DNA from: Alphaproteobacteria bacterium
GTDB taxonomy: Bacteria; Pseudomonadota; Alphaproteobacteria; VGDZ01
DNA: 64,000 nucleotides
Direction of reading: 5' to 3'
Assembly: GCA_016869515.1 (NCBI GenBank)
Contig: VGDZ01000010.1
Span: 238 to 64,237, forward strand
Position numbers and translations under genes: made by a program. The notes under the pieces were generated by a model. It was not told the DNA's origin. It worked only from the letters and a program-made list of their open reading frames with translations, and ran no database searches. Shown here in pieces: positions 51,907 through 59,397 of this stretch. Position 1 is the first letter of the stretch. Each line of letters begins with the position of its first letter.

Positions 51907-52320
51907 CTATCGCCTGAAGAACTGCTTGCCGGCGCGGACGATGACCACGGCGGCGATCGCACACACCGCCAGCGAGCCGTAGAGCACGAATTGGGCGCCG
52001 AGCACCTTGTCGGCGTGCAGCACCGCGCCCCAGAACGCCACCGTCACCACCAGCACGATGACGGTGTGGATCGCCAGCGTCAGATAGGCCATGACGCCGG
52101 ACTTCTCGCCCTCGGCCTCGCGGATCGCCTTGGCGATCTCCTTTTCGGCCGCCTGCTGCCAGGACTTGTAGTTGACCCGGCCGGTCATGCCGCCGTCCTT
52201 CTGGATGAACAGCGTCAGCGCCTCGACAACTTGAGCGGCGCGCTTTTCGGGCGTCGGCTCGCCGGCGATCGGCGTCGGCGTGTGGGGCAGGGGGATCGAT
52301 GGGCTGCTGCGTGCGCTCAT
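51907..52320 (-). CDS. Hypothetical membrane protein (two C-terminal TM helices)
   Basis: Good codon bias; two hydrophobic helices; ends 7 nt upstream of purE. Confidence 0.7.
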   Translation of the reverse strand: MSARSSPSIPLPHTPTPIAGEPTPEKRAAQVVEALTLFIQKDGGMTGRVNYKSWQQAAEKEIAKAIREAEGEKSGVMAYLTLAIHTVIVLVVTVAFWGAVLHADKVLGAQFVLYGSLAVCAIAAVVIVRAGKQFFRR

Positions 52321-52340
52321 GCCTTGCTCCCGGAATCGCA

Positions 52341-52376
52341 ACGCCTCGTCCTGGCTTCGGTGCCGGAACGAGGCGT
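52341..52376 (-). terminator. Hairpin downstream of the small basic protein gene
   Basis: ACGCCTCGTCCTGGC-loop-GCCGGAACGAGGCGT; weak U-tract. Confidence 0.45.
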
Positions 52377-52425
52377 CGAACTGTCTCGACGGCCGGCGCG
52401 GGTTCGCGCGCGGTCGTCCGCCTCG

Positions 52426-52653
52426 TCAGGCGGCGGGCTTGCCCTTGCCCTTCTTGGCCGGCGCCTTCTTGGCCTGGGCCTGCTGCGGCTTCTTGGCCGG
52501 CGCCTTCTTGGCCTGCTGCTGCTTGGGTTGAGCCTTCTTGGCCTGCTGCTTCTTGACCGGGCTGGGCGGGGTCCCCGCCTGGGCGTAAGACACCGCCGGG
52601 GCTGCCACGGACAGCGCCAGCAGGACGCTCAGTGCGGCCAAAACCTTCTTCAT
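52426..52653 (-). CDS. Small secreted Lys/Gln/Ala-rich repeat protein
   Basis: GAGGAG RBS; signal peptide [24 protein letters not shown]; QAKKA repeats. Confidence 0.75.
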   Translation of the reverse strand: MKKVLAALSVLLALSVAAPAVSYAQAGTPPSPVKKQQAKKAQPKQQQAKKAPAKKPQQAQAKKAPAKKGKGKPAA

Positions 52654-52771
52654 CGCCAATTACTCCTCAGGACGTCGGTTGGAACGAAAATTCTCGGCCC
52701 CGAATCGCTTCGAACCCGATTTCGGACAAGCCATAGGCAGCGTCGGGAATCTTGTCAATCCGGCACGCTTC

Positions 52772-53635
52772 CTACCCGGCGAATACAGGCTCTACAAGTC
52801 CCGAGACTCCCGGACGCAGGGCGAACAAGGCGCCGGCCAGCGGCTGGGCCGCGATCTGCTCGGGGGTCAGGCGTTGGCTGGCAGTGGTGACGTAGAGCAC
52901 GTCCAGCTTGGGGCCGCCGAAGGCGCAAGCCGTGATGTTGGTGCAGGGAAACGCGACCGTGCGGTCGACCCTGCCCTGGGGCGTATAGCGCACCAGCCGG
53001 CTGCCGCCGTATTCCGCGTTCCACAGACAACCGTCGGCATCCACGGTCGAGCCGTCGGGCCGGCCGGGCTGGCCGCGCAGATCGACGAAGACGCGGCGGT
53101 TGCTGGGCCGGCCCTCGTCCTGGTCGTAATCGTGCGCCCAGATCAGTTGACCGGGTGTGTCGGTGAAGTACATGGTCTTGCCGTCGGGGCTGAAGGCCAG
53201 CGAATTCGGCACCAGGATACCGGTCCAATGCGCGCTGCAGCGCAGATCGGCATCCAGCCGCCACAGCGTGCCGTCGGGGGTGCGCACCGGATCGCCCATG
53301 GTGCCGCACCAATAGCGCCCGCGGCGGTCGCACTTGCCGTCGTTGAAGCGGTTGCCGGGCTTGTCGGCTTCGGGATCGATCAGCTTGGCAAGCGCGCCGG
53401 TGACGGGATCGAGGGCGTGAAAGCCCGAGCGCATGGCGGCGACCATCCCGCCCTTGGCGCGGAAGACGAAGCTGCCGATCTGCTCGGGCAGGGTCAGGCG
53501 GCGCACCTGGCCGTCGGGGCCGATGCGGTTCAGGCTGGGCGCGTTGATGTCGACCCAGTAGAGCGCGCTTTCGCCCGAGTGCCACATCGGGCCTTCGCCC
53601 AGGCTGTCGCCGCGGTGGATGGCTTCGGGTGTCAT
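52772..53635 (-). CDS. SMP-30/gluconolactonase family protein
   Basis: LGEGP.W, RFNDGKCD..GR.W.GTM, PNSLAFSPDG, PDG.TVD.DG, FGG..LD.LYVT. Confidence 0.92.
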   Translation of the reverse strand: MTPEAIHRGDSLGEGPMWHSGESALYWVDINAPSLNRIGPDGQVRRLTLPEQIGSFVFRAKGGMVAAMRSGFHALDPVTGALAKLIDPEADKPGNRFNDGKCDRRGRYWCGTMGDPVRTPDGTLWRLDADLRCSAHWTGILVPNSLAFSPDGKTMYFTDTPGQLIWAHDYDQDEGRPSNRRVFVDLRGQPGRPDGSTVDADGCLWNAEYGGSRLVRYTPQGRVDRTVAFPCTNITACAFGGPKLDVLYVTTASQRLTPEQIAAQPLAGALFALRPGVSGLVEPVFAG

Positions 53636-53641
53636 GGCTCC

Positions 53642-55309
53642 TTACTGCACCTTCGGTTCGCGCCGGTAGAGCGGCAGGAACACCGCCAGGGTCAGCGCCA
53701 AGAGGACAAAGGTAAAGGCCGCGCTTTCGCCCTGGCGGCCCTCGCCCCAGAACAGGAAGATGGTGACGGCGAGGGTCAGCGTGTCGGCCGAGCCGGCGCC
53801 AAGGAACAAGGGCGTGTTGAGATCGCGCAGCGCCGAAAGGAAGACGATGGTCCCGGTCGACAGCGCCACCAGCCTGAGCAGCGGCAGCACGACGCGCCCG
53901 AAGACCCGCAACCGCCCGGCGCCGGCGATGCGCGCCGCCTCTTCCAGCGCCGGATCGAGTTGGCGGAAGCCGTCGGCCAAGTTGCGCACCGCGATCGGCA
54001 GCGAACGCGCGGCTTGCGCCAGGATGATGATCGCCAGCGTGCCGTAGAGCGCGAAGGGCGGCCGGATCCACGACCACAGCACGCCGGTGACGAAGGCCAC
54101 CGAAGGCACCAATACGGTGTAGGTCGCGAGCCCCTTCAGCGCCTCGCGCCCGGGCAGGTCGCTGCGCGCCGCCAGATAGGCCACGCCCAGCGCCACCGCC
54201 AGCACCATCGCCGTCTCGACCGCGGCGATGGCCAGCGTATTGCCGATCACGCGCGCGGTATTGGGGTATTGGGTCAGGACATAGACGTAGTTCTCGAAGC
54301 TGAGATTGGCCAGCGACAGATCGCCGAACCAGGCGGTGTTGACCGACATGAAGCCGATCACGGCGAAGGGCAGGAACACCGCCAGCGTCGATACGCCCCA
54401 GGTCAGGAGCAAGGCCGGCCAGCGCCAGAGCCCGAGGCTCATCAGCGCCGGCCGCCTTCCCTTGCCGACGATCACGGCGTAGCGCCCGGCCGCTCCCGGT
54501 CGGCGCACGAGATAGATCGCCAGCCCCAGCAGCGCCGCGGTCAGGCAAAAGATCATGCCCATCGCCGCCGCCAACTCCAGCCGCGGCGGAAAGGCGTTGA
54601 GGAACAGATAGAGCTGCGTCGCAAAGACGTAGATCCGCGCCGGCATGCCCAAAATCGCCGGCGTGGCGAACAGCCCCCAGGCGATGATCAGCGAGAACAC
54701 CCCGGCCGTGACCAGCGCCGGCGTCACCAGCGGCAAGGTGACCCGCATCAGCACGGTCGCCATTCTGGCGCCGGCGATGCGCGCGGCTTCTTCGTAGCTG
54801 CCGTCGACCGAGGCCAGCGCGCTTTCGACGGTGAGAAAGACGAAGGAATAGAGGAACAGGCCCGAGACCACGATCATGCCGGTCATCGAATGGACATCGA
54901 ATGGCTTGACGCCCACCAGACCGTGGATGACGACGTTGAGGATGCCGGCATTGGGACTGGCGAGAAAGACATAGGCCATGGCGGTCAGCCAGGGCGGGCT
55001 GACGAAAGCCAGCACCGTGACCAGGCGGATGGCGGGCTTGCCGGGAATGTCGGTCCGCGCCACCAGCACCGCCAGCACCGTGCCCACGGCCATGGCGAAG
55101 ACGGTGGTGCCGAGCGCGAAGACCCAGGAATTGATCAGCACGCCGGCGAAGGAAAAACGCTGGAACAGCTCGAGGTAGCGGCCGAAGCCCAGCCCGTCGG
55201 CGGTGCGCAGGCTGCCATAGGCTAGCCAACCCAGCGGCCAGGCGGTCAGGACCAGCACGGCAAATCCGACCGCCGCCCACACCAACCACAGCCCGAGGCC
55301 GCGATTCAT
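53642..55309 (-). CDS. ABC transporter permease (FbpB/ThiP-type, two fused domains)
   Basis: Two EEAARIAGA motifs; many TM helices; ATGA overlap with the ATPase gene. Confidence 0.9.
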   Translation of the reverse strand: MNRGLGLWLVWAAVGFAVLVLTAWPLGWLAYGSLRTADGLGFGRYLELFQRFSFAGVLINSWVFALGTTVFAMAVGTVLAVLVARTDIPGKPAIRLVTVLAFVSPPWLTAMAYVFLASPNAGILNVVIHGLVGVKPFDVHSMTGMIVVSGLFLYSFVFLTVESALASVDGSYEEAARIAGARMATVLMRVTLPLVTPALVTAGVFSLIIAWGLFATPAILGMPARIYVFATQLYLFLNAFPPRLELAAAMGMIFCLTAALLGLAIYLVRRPGAAGRYAVIVGKGRRPALMSLGLWRWPALLLTWGVSTLAVFLPFAVIGFMSVNTAWFGDLSLANLSFENYVYVLTQYPNTARVIGNTLAIAAVETAMVLAVALGVAYLAARSDLPGREALKGLATYTVLVPSVAFVTGVLWSWIRPPFALYGTLAIIILAQAARSLPIAVRNLADGFRQLDPALEEAARIAGAGRLRVFGRVVLPLLRLVALSTGTIVFLSALRDLNTPLFLGAGSADTLTLAVTIFLFWGEGRQGESAAFTFVLLALTLAVFLPLYRREPKVQ

Positions 55310-56370
55310 GCCTCGGCCCGAAACAAGATCAGCCGCGCGGGATCGATCGCCAACGTCACCGCCGCGCCGGCCGCCGCCGCGCCTTCGGCCGGGACGCGCA
55401 GGGCCAGGCTGGCGGTTCCGCAGCGCACCACGATCTCGCGCTGCTCGCCGACGAAAGTGCTGGTCTCGACCACCGCCGGCCAGCGATTGGGCGAAGCCGG
55501 CTCGGGCGCGACCAGCATGGCGCCGCTCGGGCGCAGGCAGACTTCGACCGCGCCGGCATGGCCGTGGTCCAGCGCGACGCGGCCGATGCCGGCGATCTCG
55601 ATGGTCGCGGCATCGATCGCCCGGCCGCGCAGGCGATTGACCGTGCCCAGGAAGTCGGCGACGAAAGGATGCGCCGGGCGCCGCCAAATCTCCTCGGGCG
55701 TGCCGTCCTGGACGACGCGGCCGCGGTCCATCACCATCACCCGGTCGCCCAGCGCCAGCGCCTCCTCCTGGTCGTGGGTGACGGCGATCATGGTGGTGGA
55801 AGTGGCGCGCTGGATGCGCCGCAGTTCGGCCCTCATCTCGTCGCGCAGGCGGGCATCGAGATTGGCCAGCGGTTCGTCGAGCAGCAGCAGGCTCGGTCGA
55901 TAGGCCAGGCAGCGCGCCAGCACCACGCGCTGCTGCTGGCCGCCGGAAAGCTGGGAGGGATAGCGCGCGGCGAGGTCCGAGAGCCGCACCAGCCCCAGGG
56001 CCTCGGCCACGGCGCGCTCGATCTCGGTGCGCGTCTTGCCGCGCACGCGCAGGCCGAAAGCGACGTTGTCGAACACCGTCATGTGCGGCCAGATGGCATA
56101 GGCCTGGAACACCATGCCGAGATTGCGCGCCTCGGCCGGCACCAGCACGCCGCCCGAGGCGGCATCGAACACGGCGCGATCGCCCAGGCGGATCCTGCCG
56201 CCGTCGGGCGTCTCCAGCCCGGCGATCGAGCGCAGCACCGTGGTCTTGCCGCAGCCTGAAGGGCCCAACAGGCAAAGGATCGAGCCCTCGGCGACGACGA
56301 AAGACACGTCGTCGACGGCGCGCACCGCGCCGAAGGACTTGGTCAGATGCTCGACGACGACTGCGGCCAT
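55306..56370 (-). CDS. ABC transporter ATP-binding protein (FbpC/PotA-type, TOBE domain)
   Basis: GPSGCGKT, LSGGQQQR, LLDEP. Confidence 0.93.
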   Translation of the reverse strand: MAAVVVEHLTKSFGAVRAVDDVSFVVAEGSILCLLGPSGCGKTTVLRSIAGLETPDGGRIRLGDRAVFDAASGGVLVPAEARNLGMVFQAYAIWPHMTVFDNVAFGLRVRGKTRTEIERAVAEALGLVRLSDLAARYPSQLSGGQQQRVVLARCLAYRPSLLLLDEPLANLDARLRDEMRAELRRIQRATSTTMIAVTHDQEEALALGDRVMVMDRGRVVQDGTPEEIWRRPAHPFVADFLGTVNRLRGRAIDAATIEIAGIGRVALDHGHAGAVEVCLRPSGAMLVAPEPASPNRWPAVVETSTFVGEQREIVVRCGTASLALRVPAEGAAAAGAAVTLAIDPARLILFRAEA

Positions 56371-56380
56371 GCGGCCCGGG

Positions 56381-57421
56381 TCAGCTCATGATCTTGCGCC
56401 AGCGGTCGATGATCGCGCCGCGTTGCTTGATCAATTCGGCCTGGTTGAACTGCATGCGCTTCAATTGCGAAATCGGCGGGAACAGTTCGGGTTGATCGGC
56501 ACCCTTGATCGATCCGTAGACGCCGGCGTTCTTGATGTTGGCGGATTGGTATTCGGCGGTCATCATGTAGTTGGCCAGCACCAGCGCCGCGTTCGGGTTG
56601 GGGCCGTTCTTGAGCCGGAAGAACGAGGTCTCGGTGAAGGCCACGCCTTCCTCGGGCCAGATCACTGCCAGCGGTGCGCCCTGCTTGATGTTGGTGAAGG
56701 CCCAGGCCTGGGCGACGACGCAGATCGGCTTTTCGCCGCGCGCCACGGCCTGCGCCGCCTCGGCCTGCAGCCGGGTCTCGGCGACGCCGTTGCGGCGCAG
56801 TTTCTCGACGTAGTCCCAGCCGAAGCGGTCGAGCCAGGCCTTGATCAGCACCGTGGTCGAGCCGGCGTTCTCGGGCGCGCCCAGCAGGATCTGGTCCTTG
56901 AAACGGGGATCGGCCAGTTCGGCGTAGCTCTTGGGCGCCTTGTCGGCGCTCAGCATGCGGGTGTTGTAGATGATCGGCAGGCCGAAGCCGCCGGTCGGCA
57001 GGTTGTGCAGGCTGTCGACCGGATAGGCCGGATCGATCCGGCCAAGCGCCGGGATCGCCATCGGCGCGGTCATGCCTTCCTGTTCGGCCCAGGCGCCCAG
57101 CGCCTTGTCGGTCATGGTGGCGATGTCGGCCAACGGCTTGCCGGCGGCGATCTCGGCCTGCAGCTTCTTGACGATTATCTCGGCGCCGCCCGGGCGCGCG
57201 TACTTGACCTTGAGCCCGGTGTCCTTCTCGAATTGCTTCATCTGCGGCTCTTCGATCCGGGCGATGCCGCTGGAGTAGTACGACACCTCGCCTTCCTTGC
57301 GCGCCGCCTCGATCACTTTCTGCCAATCGGCATCGCTCGGCGGACGGATCTGGGCGCGCGCGGCGCCGGCCAAGGTCAGCGCGGCCGTGCCGGCGAGCAG
57401 AGAGCGGCGATGCAGCGACAT
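56381..57421 (-). CDS. ABC transporter solute-binding protein (FbpA/AfuA-like, Tat-exported)
   Basis: HRRSLL Tat signal; AARKEGEV.YY; YNT, PKSY..L.DP. Confidence 0.88.
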   Translation of the reverse strand: MSLHRRSLLAGTAALTLAGAARAQIRPPSDADWQKVIEAARKEGEVSYYSSGIARIEEPQMKQFEKDTGLKVKYARPGGAEIIVKKLQAEIAAGKPLADIATMTDKALGAWAEQEGMTAPMAIPALGRIDPAYPVDSLHNLPTGGFGLPIIYNTRMLSADKAPKSYAELADPRFKDQILLGAPENAGSTTVLIKAWLDRFGWDYVEKLRRNGVAETRLQAEAAQAVARGEKPICVVAQAWAFTNIKQGAPLAVIWPEEGVAFTETSFFRLKNGPNPNAALVLANYMMTAEYQSANIKNAGVYGSIKGADQPELFPPISQLKRMQFNQAELIKQRGAIIDRWRKIMS

Positions 57422-57433
57422 GGCGGATCTCCT

Positions 57434-58639
57434 TCAGATGATGCCAGCGGCCTTGAGCCGCGCCAGCGCAGCCTGGTCCAGGCCGAGGCTGCCATAGATT
57501 TCGTCGTTGTGCTGGCCCTTGTCGGGGCCGGCCCAGCGCATCTTTCCTGGCGTGGCCGAAAGCTTGGGCACGACGTCGATCACCGTCACCGGGCCGGTGC
57601 GCGGATCGTTCCATTCCAGCAGGTTGCGGGCGCGGATATGGGGGTCGGCGACGATGTCGGCGACGGTGTTGAGGCGTTCTGCCGGAATGCCGGCGCGATC
57701 GAGCTCGACCAACAGCGCCGCCGACTCGCGCGTGCCGACCCAATTCTCGACCAGCGCTTCGACCGCATCGCCCTCGGCCTGGCGGGCGCGCGAGGCTTTC
57801 CACTTGGGATCCGTCGCTTTGCCGCCGATCAGCTTGGCCAGCTTGCCCCACAGCGCGTCGGTGCCGGCATGCATCGACAGCCAGACTTGGTCCTTGGTCA
57901 GGTACTGGCCGGCCGGAACCACGCCCAGATTGCGATTGCCGGTGCGCGTGCGCATGACGCCCAGCTTGGTGAAGGCCGTGACCATGCTCTCGGACGAACG
58001 CAGGATGCCCTCGTACAAGGCCAGGTCGATCTCCTGGCCGGCGCCGCCGCGCGCATCGCGGTGATAAAGCGCCAGCATGACGGCATAGGCGCCATAGGAC
58101 GCGGCCAGAAAGTCGGCCAGGGCGAAGCTCTGGCGCAATGGCGGCCGGTCGGGATATCCCGTGGTGAAGGTCAGTCCGGAAAATGCCGAGGCGACGCGGT
58201 CGAACGCGCCCTTGTGGCGGTAGGGGCCGGTCTGGCCGTAGCCCGAAATGCGCAGCACGATCAGCCGCGGGTTGACCGCGCGCAGCACTGCCGGGCCGAG
58301 ATTCCATTTGTCGAGCGTGCCCGGCCGAAAATTCTCGACCAGCACGTCGGCATCCGCCAGCAATCTCTTCAGCAGCTCCTGGCCCTCGACGTGCCGCAGG
58401 TTGAGCGTGATCGACTTCTTGTTGCGGGCTTCCTGCATCCAATTCAGCGGCACGCCGTTCACCGCCTGCCCGAACTGGCGCAATAGATCGCCGGTGGTCG
58501 GTTCCTCGACTTTGACGACATCGGCGCCGAACTCCGCCAGCAGCGTCGCCGCCACCGGCGCGCCCAACACCGTCGAGATGTCGATCACCCGGATGCCGGC
58601 CAGGGGACCGGCGTCGTTCGGGGTCGGTGACGGACTCAC
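57434..58639 (-). CDS. CaiB/BaiF family III CoA-transferase
   Basis: GA.VVKVE.P..GD..R, RNKKSITLNL, ENFRPG, ISGYGQTGP, LAD. Confidence 0.93.
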   Translation of the reverse strand: MSPSPTPNDAGPLAGIRVIDISTVLGAPVAATLLAEFGADVVKVEEPTTGDLLRQFGQAVNGVPLNWMQEARNKKSITLNLRHVEGQELLKRLLADADVLVENFRPGTLDKWNLGPAVLRAVNPRLIVLRISGYGQTGPYRHKGAFDRVASAFSGLTFTTGYPDRPPLRQSFALADFLAASYGAYAVMLALYHRDARGGAGQEIDLALYEGILRSSESMVTAFTKLGVMRTRTGNRNLGVVPAGQYLTKDQVWLSMHAGTDALWGKLAKLIGGKATDPKWKASRARQAEGDAVEALVENWVGTRESAALLVELDRAGIPAERLNTVADIVADPHIRARNLLEWNDPRTGPVTVIDVVPKLSATPGKMRWAGPDKGQHNDEIYGSLGLDQAALARLKAAGII

Positions 58640-59319
58640 GGACGGGGCGCTCGCGCCACGGCCAAGGCGGCGCGGCGATTGCCTTCGACGATCGAACGCG
58701 CCAGGGCGAAAGCGGCCGGCGCGTCGCGGTCGAGGATCAGTTGCCGCAGCCGTCGCGCGGCGCGGTTGGACTCGATGCGTCGTTCGGGCGCGCGGTGAAC
58801 CATGGCCGCATAATGGGGGTAAGCCTGTCGATTCATCTGCATGAACATGCGCTGCAGGCGGGGGTTGCCGCAGCGCGACAGCACGAAGCGACTGGACTTC
58901 TGGGTATGGGCGATGAATTCCACCGCCGTCATCTTCCTGACGTCGGCGTCGCTGAGCACGTCGATCTGCCGATCGAGATCTTCCAAATCGGCCGCCGTCG
59001 CGCGCAAGGTGAAACTCTCCACCACCAGCGCGAACAGCACCGCCCGCACCGCGAACATGGCGTCGATCTCGTCCAGATCGAACTCGATTACGCGTGCGCC
59101 GCGGCGCGGCGTCACCACCACCAACTCCTCGCGTTCGAGCAATGCGAGCGCCTCGCGCACCGGCCCGCGGCTGGTGCCGAACTCGACCGCCACGGCCTCT
59201 TCGGATATCCGCTCGCCGGGGGCATAGCGCCCGTTTTCGATTGCCTCGGCCAAGCGCCGAGCGATGAACCGCGACAGCGGTTCAGGCAACTCGATCGCCG
59301 GCCGAGGCTTCAGACTCAT
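58636..59319 (-). CDS. GntR (FCD) transcriptional regulator
   Basis: PGERISE...FGTSRGPVREAL..L HTH; FCD-like C-terminus. Confidence 0.9.
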   Translation of the reverse strand: MSLKPRPAIELPEPLSRFIARRLAEAIENGRYAPGERISEEAVAVEFGTSRGPVREALALLEREELVVVTPRRGARVIEFDLDEIDAMFAVRAVLFALVVESFTLRATAADLEDLDRQIDVLSDADVRKMTAVEFIAHTQKSSRFVLSRCGNPRLQRMFMQMNRQAYPHYAAMVHRAPERRIESNRAARRLRQLILDRDAPAAFALARSIVEGNRRAALAVARAPRP

Positions 59320-59361
59320 AGCGTCCCCAGAAGGCTCGAATTCAAGCGCTTACCTGGCGCG

Positions 59362-59378
59362 TTGTCAACTGTCGACAA
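59362..59378. promoter_or_regulatory. Putative GntR operator
   Basis: TTGTCAAC-TGTCGACAA containing the palindrome TGTCGACA about 45-60 nt upstream of the GntR start. Confidence 0.6.
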
Positions 59379-59397
59379 TTTTCGCTTCGCACCCAAG

